From Pseudomonadota bacterium (lineage in GTDB: Bacteria > Pseudomonadota > Gammaproteobacteria > Burkholderiales > Rhodocyclaceae): a stretch of 64,000 bases of DNA. The stretch spans positions 5,198 to 69,197 of the forward strand of contig JAFEFM010000540.1 of assembly GCA_018240585.1 (NCBI GenBank), in the 5' to 3' direction. The position numbers and the translations under genes are program-made. The notes under the pieces are model-generated. The model was given only the letters and a program-made list of their open reading frames with translations, was not told the origin of the DNA and searched no databases. Positions 32,673 to 48,697 of the stretch are shown here, piece after piece (position 1 is the stretch's first letter; every line of letters starts with the position of its first letter).

Positions 32673-33740
32673 TCAGATCGCGGCGATCGGGTAGGACCCG
32701 AGCACCTTGAGGAAAGCCGCACGCTCGCCCAGCTCGTTCAGCGCTGCGGCGACCGGGGCGTCCTGCTGATGGCCGTTGATGTCGGCGTAGAAGACGTATT
32801 CCCACAAGCCGGACTGGGCCGGACGCGACTGCAGCTTGGTCATGTCCACGCCGTGGCGGGCAAGCGGCTCGAGCAGGCTGTGGATCGCGCCCGGACGGTT
32901 GGCCGCGGAGAACACCAGCGAGGTGCGGTCCTTGCCCGACGGGCCGGCGTCGTGGTCGGCGATGACCAGAAAGCGCGTCGTATTGTTGGGGTCGTCCTCG
33001 ATGTTGGGCGCGAGGATGTTGAGCCCGTAGAGTTGCGCCGCCGATTCGCCGGCAATGGCGCAGGATTCGGCATCCTCGGCTGCCATGCGCGCAGCCTCGG
33101 CGTTGCTCGCCACCGGGATGCGCGGCAGGTGCGGCAGGTTGCGGTTGAGCCATTCGTGGCACTGCGCCAGCGACTGCGAGTGCGAGTAGATGCGCTTTGC
33201 CGCCCCAATGCCATCGGCGCGCGACATGAGTTGCTGATGGATGCGCAGGCGCACCTCGCCGCACACTTTCAGCGGATTCGCGAGCAGCAGATCGAGCGTA
33301 CCGCCCACGGCACCCTCGGTGGAGTTCTCCACCGGTACCACGCCATAGTTGGCATTGCCGGCCTCGACCGCACGGAACACGTCGTCGATAGCGGCCATCG
33401 GCATGAAATTGGGCGCGGAGCCGAAGTGCTTGCGGCTGGCACTCTCGGAGAAGGTGCCAGCGGGGCCGAGATAGGCAACCCGCAACGGCTGCTCCAGCCC
33501 CAGGCAGGCCGACATGATCTCGCGGAAGATCGTTTTCACCGCGTCGGACGACAGCGGCCCGGGATTGAGTTCGGCCAGCCGGCGCAGCACCTGCGCCTCG
33601 CGCTCCGGGCGGTAGTACATCACGCCGCGCTTGATCTCGCCCACGCGCTGCGCGCAGCGCGCGCGCTCGGCCAGACGGGCGAGGATCTCCTCGTCGATGC
33701 GGTCGATCTCGTTGCGCAGTTTCAGCAGTTCGTCACTCAT
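32673..33740 (-). CDS. pheA: Chorismate mutase / prephenate dehydratase
   Basis: N-terminal CM (LRNEIDRID), PVENSTEG, NTTRF, ACT domain. Confidence 0.95.
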   Translation of the reverse strand: MSDELLKLRNEIDRIDEEILARLAERARCAQRVGEIKRGVMYYRPEREAQVLRRLAELNPGPLSSDAVKTIFREIMSACLGLEQPLRVAYLGPAGTFSESASRKHFGSAPNFMPMAAIDDVFRAVEAGNANYGVVPVENSTEGAVGGTLDLLLANPLKVCGEVRLRIHQQLMSRADGIGAAKRIYSHSQSLAQCHEWLNRNLPHLPRIPVASNAEAARMAAEDAESCAIAGESAAQLYGLNILAPNIEDDPNNTTRFLVIADHDAGPSGKDRTSLVFSAANRPGAIHSLLEPLARHGVDMTKLQSRPAQSGLWEYVFYADINGHQQDAPVAAALNELGERAAFLKVLGSYPIAAI

Positions 33741-33816
33741 GCTCGGCCCGTGGCCCCTCCAGCTTCAGCGTTGGTGTTGTCCCTGTTCCCGCCCCGAGGG
33801 CGGCGCCTGCCCGGCC

Positions 33817-34913
33817 TCAGCCGCGGCGCGCGGCGAAGTCACGCATGAAGTCGATCAGCGCCTGCACCCCGGCAAGCGGCATCGCGTTGTAGATCGACGC
33901 ACGCATGCCGCCCACCGACTTGTGGCCCTTCAACTGCAGCAGACCAGCCGCCCTCGACTCGGTGAGGAAGGCGTCGTTGAGCGCCTCGTCCTTGAGGAAG
34001 AAAGGCACATTCATGCGCGAGCGGCACTCGGGATCGACACGATTCTCGTAGAAATCGCTGCCGTCGAGGAAGTCGTACAGCAGCTTTGCCTTGGCGACGT
34101 TCCGCGCCTCGATCGCCGCCACGCCGCCCTCGCGCTTGAGCCACTGGAACACCAGCCCGGCGATATAGATCGCGTAGGTCGGTGGCGTGTTGTACATCGA
34201 GTGGTTGTCGGCGACGATGCGGAAATCGAAGGCGGTCGGGCAATGCGCCATGGCGTGACCGATCAGGTCGTCGCGCACGATGACCAGGGTGAGCCCCGCC
34301 GGGCCGATGTTCTTCTGCGCGCCGCCGAAGATCAGCCCGTACTTCGACACATCGATGGCGCGCGACAGGATGTGTGACGACATGTCGGCCACCACCGGCA
34401 CTTCGCCACGGCCGACTTGCGCGAGGTCGGGCTCGAACGGGTACTCGACGCCGCCGATGGTCTCGTTGGTGCATGTGAAGACGTATGCCGGATCGGCCGA
34501 CAGCGCCCATTCACCGATCGGCGGCACGGTGGTGAAACCGCTCGCCTCGGACGTCGCGGCGATGTTCACTTCGCCGTACTTGCGCGCTTCCTTCTGCGAC
34601 TTCACCGACCACGAACCGGTGACGACGTAGTCGGCAACACCCTTGGAGCCCAGCAGGTTCATCGGAATGATCGCGTTCTCGGCGATCGCGCCACCCTGCA
34701 TGAACAGCACGCGGTAGTTCGGCGGAACGACGAGCAGTTCGCGAAGGTCGGCCTCGGCCTGCTCGGCGATCGAGATGAATTCCTTTCCGCGATGGCTCAT
34801 CTCCATCACGCTCATGCCCGAGCCATGCCAGTCGAGCATCTCGTCGGCAGCCTCGCGCAGCACGTCCTCCGGCAGCACCGCCGGACCGGCGCTGAAATTC
34901 CAAACGCGACTCA

Positions 34914-34914
<1 letters not shown>
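33817..34914 (-). CDS. serC: Phosphoserine aminotransferase
   Basis: [37 protein letters not shown]. Confidence 0.96.
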
Positions 34915-37559
<2,645 letters not shown>

Positions 37560-37877
37560 GCTCGAAGGCGGCAAATCCGCGTCAATCAAAAACGTGCAAT
37601 GTTACCACGCCCCACCCCACCCCCGCCGCACGTCGGCACCGCGAAACCGCACGTCGTGGAGGCGGGCGGGATTTGCCCGCGTATGGCATGTTGCAGGACG
37701 TGACCGCAAGCGGTTGCTGACGCAGAATGTGGCGTGCCCAGCGGCTTTCCCCGTCATCGCCCTTCCAGAATGGCGGAATGTTCGGAGCGACGGCCTGGCA
37801 ACCCGCGGCCACTCGCTGCGCAACAGCAAAGCGCGTGCGGCTCAACAACGACGTGCCACGAACTGCCGGCCACCACC

Positions 37878-39845
37878 ATGCCGCTGCCTCACGCCACCGC
37901 GCCGCGAGACCCGCCCCGTCTTCTGGAACGGGACGCCGTCGCATGGCTGATCTTCGTCCTGAGCACGACACTCACCCTCGTGTTGTGGGACTACTCGCTC
38001 AGCCATCGCGCGGCACGCGCTCAGGAGCGATTCGAATACCGCTCCGAGAAGGAACTCAGCATCCTGCGCAGCCGCCTGCAAGCCTACGAACAGGTCCTTC
38101 TTGGCGGAGCGGCATTCTTCAATGCGAGCGACGACGTGTCGCGCAAGGAGTGGCACGACTACATCGAGCAGCTCAACCTGGATGCCACCCTGCCCGGCAT
38201 CCAGGGCACCGGCTTCACCCTCATCGTGCGCGCGCGCGACAAATCCGCACACGAACAGGCAATGCGTGCGGCGGGATTCGCCGACTACAGGATCCATCCG
38301 GACGGCAATCGCGACCCCTACTCCAGCGTCACTTACCTCGAGCCGTTCACCGGCCGCAACCTGCGCGCCTTCGGCTACGACATGTACTCCGAAGCCGTGC
38401 GACGCGAGGCCATGGATCGCGCGCGCGACACCGGCACCCTCGCGCTGTCCGGGAAAGTCACGCTCGTGCAGGAGACCGAATCCGACATCCAGCCCGGATT
38501 CCTGATGTACGTGCCGGTGTATGCCAAGTCCGTGCAGATCGACGACCCCACCAGCCGCCGCGAGCACATCCTCGGCTTCGTATACAGTCCCTTTCGCGCC
38601 CGCGACCTGATGCGTACCATCTTCGGCGACAGCAACAAGGACATCGAGATCGAGATCTTCGACCAGAGCCCGACTCCGGAAAACCTGCTGTTTGCCTCGA
38701 GGTACGCGCGCAGGGCGGCGGCACACCAACGCGACCTTGCGCTCGTCTTCGGCGGGCGAGACTGGATCGCGCGCCTGCGCAGCAGCGCTGAATTCGAGGA
38801 AGCGACGAACAGCGACGAGCCGCTGCTGATCCTGGTCGGCGGGCTGGCACTCGACACGCTGCTGTTCGCGGTGATCCTTGGCAGCGCCCGCTATCGCCGC
38901 CGCATGCAGGCCGCCGCCGCATTGATTGCCGAAAGCCGCGACCGCTTCCAGGCGCTGGTGGAAAACGTCCCGGGCACCGTCTTCCGCACCGAACCGACGC
39001 CGCCATGGCACGCGCTGCACGTCAGCCGCGGCATCGAAGCCCTGACCGGGGAGCCGCCCGAGCGATTCCTGTCGGGCGCAACCACTTGCCGCGCGCACCT
39101 GCATCCGGACGATGCCGCGGACGTCCTGAAAGCCATCACCCAGGCAGTGGCGGAGCACGGCACCTACAACGTCGAATACCGTGTCCGCAGCACCGACGGC
39201 GCAGTGCGCTGGGCCAGCGAACGCGGGCGCGCGAGCTACGATGCGGGCGGAACGCCGCTGTGGATCGACGGCGTCATCCTGGACGTCACCGACCGCAAGA
39301 TCGCCGAACTCGCGATCCGCGATCTCGCCTTCTACGATCCGCTGACCGGATTGCCGAACCGACGCCTGCTCATTGATCGCCTGCATCAGCAGCTCGCCGT
39401 CAGCGCGCGCTCCGGCCTATACGGCGCCCTGTTGTTCGTCGATCTGGACAAGTTCAAGACGATCAACGACACGCTCGGACACCAGATCGGCGACCGGCTC
39501 CTCGTCGAGGTCGCGCATCGCCTGCGCACCACGGTGCGCGAGGGCGATACCGTGGCACGCCTGGGCGGGGACGAGTTCGTCGTCATGCTGGACGATCTCG
39601 GCCGCGAGCGCGACGAGGCCACGGCGGTGGCAGAAAGCATCGGCACCAAGCTCCTGAACAACCTTGCCCGCCCCTATGCACTGACGAAGCAGGCCGTGCA
39701 ATGTACGCCCAGCATCGGCCTGACCACCTTCCGCGGGCAGGATCTGTCGGTCGACGAGCTGATCCGGCGTGCCGACGAGGCGATGTACCGAGCCAAGGCA
39801 GAAGGTCGAAACTGCCTCCACGTCTTCGGGGCGAACGACCACTGA
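37878..39845 (+). CDS. Diguanylate cyclase, TM-CHASE-TM-PAS-GGDEF
   Basis: CHASE motifs (YLEPFTGRNLRAFGYDM, GFVYSPFR), PAS/PAC, intact GGDEF with RxxD I-site (REGD); start uncertain. Confidence 0.88.
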   Translation: MPLPHATAPRDPPRLLERDAVAWLIFVLSTTLTLVLWDYSLSHRAARAQERFEYRSEKELSILRSRLQAYEQVLLGGAAFFNASDDVSRKEWHDYIEQLNLDATLPGIQGTGFTLIVRARDKSAHEQAMRAAGFADYRIHPDGNRDPYSSVTYLEPFTGRNLRAFGYDMYSEAVRREAMDRARDTGTLALSGKVTLVQETESDIQPGFLMYVPVYAKSVQIDDPTSRREHILGFVYSPFRARDLMRTIFGDSNKDIEIEIFDQSPTPENLLFASRYARRAAAHQRDLALVFGGRDWIARLRSSAEFEEATNSDEPLLILVGGLALDTLLFAVILGSARYRRRMQAAAALIAESRDRFQALVENVPGTVFRTEPTPPWHALHVSRGIEALTGEPPERFLSGATTCRAHLHPDDAADVLKAITQAVAEHGTYNVEYRVRSTDGAVRWASERGRASYDAGGTPLWIDGVILDVTDRKIAELAIRDLAFYDPLTGLPNRRLLIDRLHQQLAVSARSGLYGALLFVDLDKFKTINDTLGHQIGDRLLVEVAHRLRTTVREGDTVARLGGDEFVVMLDDLGRERDEATAVAESIGTKLLNNLARPYALTKQAVQCTPSIGLTTFRGQDLSVDELIRRADEAMYRAKAEGRNCLHVFGANDH

Positions 39846-39886
39846 TCCGCCCGCGTTCATGCCACGGATATTTTTCCGCAGCAGCG

Positions 39887-39915
39887 CTTGAAAAAATCCG
39901 GCGTCGCCCCTACAT
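39887..39915 (+). promoter_or_regulatory. sigma32 heat-shock promoter of grpE
   Basis: CTTGAAA-13 nt-CCCCTACAT. Confidence 0.75.
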
Positions 39916-39936
39916 GGCCTGCGAAGCGCATTCACC

Positions 39937-40527
39937 ATGGAGCAACGACCGATGCAGGATCCCAATCTGACCCCGGAAATCCCGCCCGCCGCCGAACAGC
40001 AGCCCGTCCAGGAGGCGGCCCCTGCTGCCACGGACACCGCGCCCGAACCCACGGTGGAAGTGATGCCCGGGCTGGCGGAAGCGCTGCGCCTGGCGGAACT
40101 GAAGGCGGCCGAGCATCACGACGCCTGGCTGCGCGCCAAGGCCGAGGGCGAGAACATCCGCCGCCGGGCGCAGGAAGACATCGCCAAGGCATCCAAATTC
40201 GCGGCGGAGAAGTTCGCCACCGCGATGCTGCCGGTGAAGGACAGCCTGGAAGCCGCGCTGTCAGTCGAAAACCAGACCGTAGAGAAACTGCGCGAAGGCG
40301 TCGAACTGACCCTGAGACAGCTCGTCTCGGCCTTCGAAGGCGCCAACCTGGCCGAGGAACATCCGCTCGGCCGGAAGTTCGACCCCAACAAGCACCAGGC
40401 GATCAGCACCGTCGAAGCGGACGCGGAGCCCAACACCGTCGTCACCGTGCTGCAGAAGGGCTATCTGCTCAACGAGCGCGTCATCCGCCCTGCCCTGGTG
40501 ATGGTTGCCAAGGCCAGGAGCCAGTAA
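39937..40527 (+). CDS. grpE: Nucleotide exchange factor GrpE
   Basis: [37 protein letters not shown]. Confidence 0.96.
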   Translation: MEQRPMQDPNLTPEIPPAAEQQPVQEAAPAATDTAPEPTVEVMPGLAEALRLAELKAAEHHDAWLRAKAEGENIRRRAQEDIAKASKFAAEKFATAMLPVKDSLEAALSVENQTVEKLREGVELTLRQLVSAFEGANLAEEHPLGRKFDPNKHQAISTVEADAEPNTVVTVLQKGYLLNERVIRPALVMVAKARSQ

Positions 40528-40545
40528 GGAATCCGAGTGCGGCCG

Positions 40546-40573
40546 CTTGAAAGCGGGCGGCCGCGCCCCATAT
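40546..40573 (+). promoter_or_regulatory. sigma32 heat-shock promoter of dnaK
   Basis: CTTGAAA-13 nt-CCCCATAT, consensus match. Confidence 0.88.
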
Positions 40574-40635
40574 TCGAACCAGAACGGCGCACTGCGGCTC
40601 GCGCCCCCACGAATACAGACTGAAGAGGAACTCTC

Positions 40636-42564
<1,929 letters not shown>

Positions 42565-42588
42565 TCGTCACTCTGGCGAATCCTTCGC

Positions 42589-42633
42589 GGCCGAGCCCCG
42601 CCGGAGCCTCGCTCCGGCGCCGGCTCGGCCTTT
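42589..42633 (+). terminator. Stem-loop between dnaK and dnaJ
   Basis: GGCCGAGCC...GGCTCGGCC enclosing CGCCGGAGC-CTC-GCTCCGGCG, then TTT. Confidence 0.55.
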
Positions 42634-42659
42634 GCATGAGACCAGACTGAGCGCAGCAC

Positions 42660-43778
<1,119 letters not shown>

Positions 43779-43806
43779 GCCTTACCGGCCACTCGCGCAC
43801 TATCAA

Positions 43807-43845
43807 CGACAACGCCCGCCATCATGACGATGGCGGGCGTTGTCG
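43807..43845. terminator. 17-bp hairpin between convergent dnaJ and cysS
   Basis: CGACAACGCCCGCCATC-ATGAC-GATGGCGGGCGTTGTCG. Confidence 0.8.
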
Positions 43846-43864
43846 CTTTGACTCTGCGAACGCC

Positions 43865-45250
43865 TCAGGCGCGGCGCCAGGTCGTGCCGCCCGGGCCATC
43901 CTCGAGGATGATGCCCGCGGCGGTCAGCTCGGCGCGGATGCGGTCCGCCTCGGCGTAGTTCTTCGCCTTCTTCGCTGCGCCACGGGCGGCGATCCGAGCC
44001 TCGATGGCATCGGCATCCAGCCCGCCGGCATCGGGCGCACCCGCCTGCAGGAAAGCCTGCGGCTCACGAGCGAGCAGGCCCAGCACGCCGCCCAGCGCCT
44101 TCAACTGCGCAGCCAGCGGCGGCGAAGCGCCGCGATTGACCTCATTGGCCAGTTCGAACAGCACCGCCACGGCTTCGGCGGTGTTGAAGTCGTCGTCCAT
44201 CGCTGCACGGAAACGCTGCGCAAAGGGCTCGTCCCAATCGAGCGCCGCTTCGCTCCGCGGCGGCGCGTTCTTCAGCGCGGTGTACAGGCGGGTCAGCGCG
44301 TTGCGGGCGTCCTCGAGATGCGCGTCGGAGTAGTTCAGCGCGCTGCGGTAGTGGGCACGCAGGATGAAGAAGCGCACCACCTCCGGGTCGTACTTCTGCA
44401 GCACCTCGCGGATGGTGAAGAAGTTGCCGAGCGACTTCGACATCTTCTCGTCATCGACACGGACGAAGCCGTTGTGCATCCAGTAATTGACGAAGGCGTG
44501 GCCGTGCGCGCCTTCCGACTGGGCGATCTCGTTCTCGTGGTGCGGGAACTGCAGGTCCATGCCGCCGCCGTGGATGTCGAAATGATCGCCGAGCAGGTCC
44601 GAGCTCATCGCCGAGCACTCGATGTGCCAGCCCGGCCGGCCCTCGCCCCAGGGCGAGGCCCACTTGACCTCGCCCGGCTCTTCGACCTTGGCGTGCTTCC
44701 ACAGCACGAAGTCGAGCGGATCGTTCTTGTCCTGCGCCACGTCGACGCGCTCGCCGGCACGCAGCTCGTCGAGCGACTTGCCCGACAGCTTGCCGTAGCC
44801 GTCGAACTTGCGCACCGCGTAGCACACGTCGCGGTTGGCGGCGACGTAGGCCAGGCCCTTCTGCTCCAGACGCGAGATCAGCGACTGCATCTGCGCGACG
44901 TATTCGGTGGCGCGCGGCTCGTGGTCGGGACGCAGCACGCCCAGGGCGTCGGCGTCCTCGTGCATGGCGGCGATGAAGCGGTCGGTCAGCGCACGGATCG
45001 TCTCGCCATTCTCCTGCGCGCGACGGATGATCTTGTCGTCGATGTCGGTGATGTTGCGCACATAGGTCACGTGCAAGCCGCTCGCCCGCAGCCAGCGTGC
45101 CACCATGTCGAACACCACCATCACGCGCGCGTGACCGAGGTGGCAGAAGTCGTACACCGTCATGCCGCATACGTACATGCGCACCTTGCCAGGCTCGATG
45201 GGACGAAATGCTTCCTTGCTGCGCGAGAGCGTGTTGTAGATCGTCAGCAT
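43865..45250 (-). CDS. cysS: Cysteinyl-tRNA synthetase
   Basis: [25 protein letters not shown]. Confidence 0.97.
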   Translation of the reverse strand: MLTIYNTLSRSKEAFRPIEPGKVRMYVCGMTVYDFCHLGHARVMVVFDMVARWLRASGLHVTYVRNITDIDDKIIRRAQENGETIRALTDRFIAAMHEDADALGVLRPDHEPRATEYVAQMQSLISRLEQKGLAYVAANRDVCYAVRKFDGYGKLSGKSLDELRAGERVDVAQDKNDPLDFVLWKHAKVEEPGEVKWASPWGEGRPGWHIECSAMSSDLLGDHFDIHGGGMDLQFPHHENEIAQSEGAHGHAFVNYWMHNGFVRVDDEKMSKSLGNFFTIREVLQKYDPEVVRFFILRAHYRSALNYSDAHLEDARNALTRLYTALKNAPPRSEAALDWDEPFAQRFRAAMDDDFNTAEAVAVLFELANEVNRGASPPLAAQLKALGGVLGLLAREPQAFLQAGAPDAGGLDADAIEARIAARGAAKKAKNYAEADRIRAELTAAGIILEDGPGGTTWRRA

Positions 45251-45487
45251 GTCGATGGAGGGTGAGAAGTTTCGGGAATCGCGCTTCGGCAATCAAGCCG
45301 GGCACGTGACACGCCAGATGTGCGGCGATCGCGCTGCCCACGCTGCCGGTTTGTGACGCGCCAAGGGATACGGGTAAAATGCGGGGCGGCCCTGGCCATG
45401 CGCCGAGCGCCCGAAAATCGGGCCGGAGTATACCACGGGGCCAGCACCGCCCAGCCCACGCCGGATTCCGCAGATCCCGGAGAAACC

Positions 45488-46051
45488 ATGAAAAAACAGT
45501 GGCTCGCCTTCGCCGCACTCGCCTCGGTCGCGCTATCCGCTATCGCCGCCAATCCGACGGTTGAACTGCACACGACCCAGGGCGACGTGGTCGTCGAGGT
45601 CTTCGCCGACAAGGCGCCAAAATCGGCCGAGAATTTCATCCGGTACGTGAAGGATGGCCATTACGACGGCACGATCTTCCACCGCGTAATCGACGGCTTC
45701 ATGGTCCAGGGCGGCGGCTTCGACGCGGCGATGAACCAGAAGCCGACCCGCGCGCCGATCGAGAACGAGGCAAAGAACGGCCTGAAGAACGTGCCCGGCA
45801 CGCTGGCGATGGCGCGCACGCAGGATCCGCACTCGGCCACCGCGCAGTTCTTCATCAACCTGGTGCCGAACACCTTCCTCGACTACCCTTCGCGCGACGG
45901 CTGGGGCTATGCGGTGTTCGGCAAGGTCGTGAAGGGCATGGACGTGGTGGAGAAGATCGGCAAGGTGCCGGTCAGGAATACCGGGCTCCATCAGAACGTC
46001 CCCGTCGAGCCCGTCGTGATCCAGTCCGCCCGCGTGATCGAGGACAAGTGA
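45488..46051 (+). CDS. ppiA: Periplasmic cyclophilin-type PPIase
   Basis: Signal peptide MKKQWLAF...AIA; [21 protein letters not shown]-equivalent AQFFIN. Confidence 0.88.
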   Translation: MKKQWLAFAALASVALSAIAANPTVELHTTQGDVVVEVFADKAPKSAENFIRYVKDGHYDGTIFHRVIDGFMVQGGGFDAAMNQKPTRAPIENEAKNGLKNVPGTLAMARTQDPHSATAQFFINLVPNTFLDYPSRDGWGYAVFGKVVKGMDVVEKIGKVPVRNTGLHQNVPVEPVVIQSARVIEDK

Positions 46052-46107
46052 TCGCGCCCCATCCATCCACATACCCATAACCCCCGCCCGCCAACAGGAG
46101 CCCACGA

Positions 46108-46602
46108 ATGGCCGTCAAACTGCACACCAACCATGGCGTCATCACCCTCGAACTCGACGCCGAAAAGGCGCCCGTCACCGTCGAGAACTTCCTCGGCTAC
46201 GTAAAGGCCGGCCACTACGACAACACCGTCTTCCACCGCGTGATCGACGGCTTCATGATCCAGGGCGGCGGCTTCGAGCCCGGCATGACGCAGAAGCCCA
46301 CCGGCGAACAGATCAAGAACGAGGCCGACAACGGCCTCAAGAACGATCGCGGCACCATCGCCATGGCGCGCACCCAGGCGCCGCACTCGGCCACCGCGCA
46401 GTTCTTCATCAACGTCGCCGACAACGACTTCCTGAACTTCCGCTCGCCCGACCTGCAAGGCTGGGGCTACTGCGTGTTCGGCCGCGTGACCGAAGGCATG
46501 GACGTCGTTGACAGCATCCGCAAGGTCAAGACCGGCTCCAGCGGCTTCCACCAGGATGTGCCGAAGGAAGACGTGATCATCGAGCGCGCCGAAGTTGTCT
46601 GA
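46108..46602 (+). CDS. ppiB: Cytoplasmic cyclophilin-type PPIase
   Basis: [22 protein letters not shown]; no signal peptide; upstream of lpxH. Confidence 0.93.
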   Translation: MAVKLHTNHGVITLELDAEKAPVTVENFLGYVKAGHYDNTVFHRVIDGFMIQGGGFEPGMTQKPTGEQIKNEADNGLKNDRGTIAMARTQAPHSATAQFFINVADNDFLNFRSPDLQGWGYCVFGRVTEGMDVVDSIRKVKTGSSGFHQDVPKEDVIIERAEVV

Positions 46603-47410
46603 CCGCAGCATCCCGGCCGCCGACGGCGGCCGCGCCACGCTGATGCCGGAAGCCGCCCGCGCGGCGCTTCCGGCATTGTTCATTTCCGACCTTCACCTGA
46701 GCGAGGACGAGCCCGCCAACGTCGCCGCCTTCCTCGCCTTCCTGCAGGGGCCGGCGCGGCAGGCGGCGAGTGTCTTCATCCTCGGTGACCTGTTCGAATA
46801 CTGGGCGGGCGATGACGATCTCGCGACGCCATTCAACGCCAGCATCGCCGAGGCCATCCGCGCGCTTGCCGACAGCGGCACCGCGGTCTTCTTCATGACC
46901 GGCAACCGCGACCTGCTCGCCGGACCGGCGTTCGCCGCGGCGATCGGCGCGACTCTGCTCGAGGATCCGGCGCGGGTGCGCTTCGCCGGCGACGACAATG
47001 AGCATGCACCGGTGCTGCTGCTCGCCCACGGCGACGCACTATGCACCGACGACGTGGCTTACCAGGCCTATCGACGCCAGGTGCGCGACCCCGCGTGGCA
47101 GGCCGGTTTCCTCGCCCAGCCGCTGGCCGCACGCAAGGCCTTCATCGCCGGCCTGCGGCAGAAGAGCGAAGCGGCGAAGGCCGGCAAGTCGATGGAGATC
47201 ATGGACGTCAATGCGGAGGCGGTCGCCGCGTTGCTGCGCGACAACGCGTACCCGACGCTGGTGCACGGCCACACGCATCGGCCTGCCCGCCACCACCTGC
47301 AGGTCGACGGTCGCGACTGCGCACGCTGGGTCCTTCCCGACTGGCGCGGCGCTGCCTGCTGGCTTCGCTACGACGGCCACGACATCACGCCCGAGTCGGG
47401 CGCTGCCTGA
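46595..47410 (+). CDS. lpxH: UDP-2,3-diacylglucosamine diphosphatase (start 46595 or 46643)
   Basis: SDLH, GDLF, GNRD, HGD, HGHTH metallophosphoesterase motifs. Confidence 0.92.
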   Translation: MSDRSIPAADGGRATLMPEAARAALPALFISDLHLSEDEPANVAAFLAFLQGPARQAASVFILGDLFEYWAGDDDLATPFNASIAEAIRALADSGTAVFFMTGNRDLLAGPAFAAAIGATLLEDPARVRFAGDDNEHAPVLLLAHGDALCTDDVAYQAYRRQVRDPAWQAGFLAQPLAARKAFIAGLRQKSEAAKAGKSMEIMDVNAEAVAALLRDNAYPTLVHGHTHRPARHHLQVDGRDCARWVLPDWRGAACWLRYDGHDITPESGAA

Positions 47411-47497
47411 ACGAGCGGACCGTCGCACGCCTTGCCTGGGCTCAGGTGGGCCCGCAGGCGAGATCAAGCGCGACGGGGCCGTCTCGGCTATGGAGTC

Positions 47498-48670
47498 TTA
47501 GCGCGCCAGTCCGCGCGCAAGGTCCTGCTTGAGGTCGTCGACGCTTTCGAGGCCCACCGCGATGCGCAGCAGGCCTTCGCCGATGCCGGACGCCGCCCGC
47601 GCCTCCGCGGAGATGCGGCCGTGGGTGGTCGATGCCGGGTGCGTGATCGTGCTCTTCGTGTCGCCGAGATTGGCGGTGATCGAGATCAGGCGTGTCGAGT
47701 CGATCACCTTCCAAGCCGCCTCGCGCCCGCCTTCGACGTCGAAACTCACGATCGCGCCGCCTGATTTCTGCTGCTGCATCGCCAGCGCATGCTGCGGATG
47801 CGACGGCAGCCCCGGGTAATAGACGCGCGACACACCGGGTTGAGCCTCGAGCCAGCGTGCGAGTTCCAGCGCGTTGGCCGACTGCGCTTCCATGCGGATG
47901 CGCAAGGTCTCGAGCCCCTTGAGGATGATCCAGGCATTGAATGGCGACAACGTCGGCCCGGCGGTGCGCAGGAACTTCAACACTTCATCGGTGATCGCCT
48001 TGCGGCCCGCCACCGCGCCGCCCAGCACACGCCCCTGGCCGTCGAGGTATTTGGTCGCCGAATGCACGACGACATCGGCGCCGAGTTGCAGCGGCCGCTG
48101 CAGGACCGGAGTGCAGAAGCAGTTGTCCACCGCGAGGATCGCGCCCGCCTCATGCGCGATCGCCGCAACGCCGGCGATATCGACGACCTCGGTGAGCGGA
48201 TTGGACGGTGTCTCGATGAAGAACAGCCGGGTGCGTGGTCGTACCGCGCCACGATAGGCCTCCAGATCGGTCGCCGGCACGAAGCTCGTCTCGACGCCGA
48301 ACTTGCTCAGGATGTTGCCGAACAGCTGCTGGGTGGCGCCGAACAGGCCGTTCGAGGCCACGACATGGTCGCCCGCCTGCAGCAACGCCATCGCCAGGGA
48401 CAGGATGGCGGACATACCCGATGCGGTGGCGACACAGGCCTCCGCGCCTTCCAGCGCGGCAAGCCGGGTCTGCATCGCGGTGACGGTCGGGTTGGTGAAG
48501 CGGGCGTAGACGTTGCCCTCCTCCGCACCCGAGAAGCGGGCCGCCGCCTTGGCCGCGCTTTCGAAGACGAAGCTCGAGGTCAGGTACAGCGCTTCACTGT
48601 GCTCGTTGAACTGGCTGCGTTCGATCCCGGCGCGAATCGCCAGGGTGTCGGGGTCGAGATGCTCATTCAT
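47498..48670 (-). CDS. metZ: O-succinylhomoserine sulfhydrylase
   Basis: YARFTNPT, SGMSA, HSATKY (PLP Lys), NLGDTKS; downstream of purF. Confidence 0.9.
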   Translation of the reverse strand: MNEHLDPDTLAIRAGIERSQFNEHSEALYLTSSFVFESAAKAAARFSGAEEGNVYARFTNPTVTAMQTRLAALEGAEACVATASGMSAILSLAMALLQAGDHVVASNGLFGATQQLFGNILSKFGVETSFVPATDLEAYRGAVRPRTRLFFIETPSNPLTEVVDIAGVAAIAHEAGAILAVDNCFCTPVLQRPLQLGADVVVHSATKYLDGQGRVLGGAVAGRKAITDEVLKFLRTAGPTLSPFNAWIILKGLETLRIRMEAQSANALELARWLEAQPGVSRVYYPGLPSHPQHALAMQQQKSGGAIVSFDVEGGREAAWKVIDSTRLISITANLGDTKSTITHPASTTHGRISAEARAASGIGEGLLRIAVGLESVDDLKQDLARGLAR

Positions 48671-48697
48671 TTGTGGTATTCGGCGCCTCGCGCCGGA

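Noticed and set aside
39850-40635. Possible CIRCE/HrcA control of grpE-dnaK
   Set aside because: No TTAGCACTC-N9-GAGTGCTAA and no hrcA in the window; sigma32 promoters explain the region.
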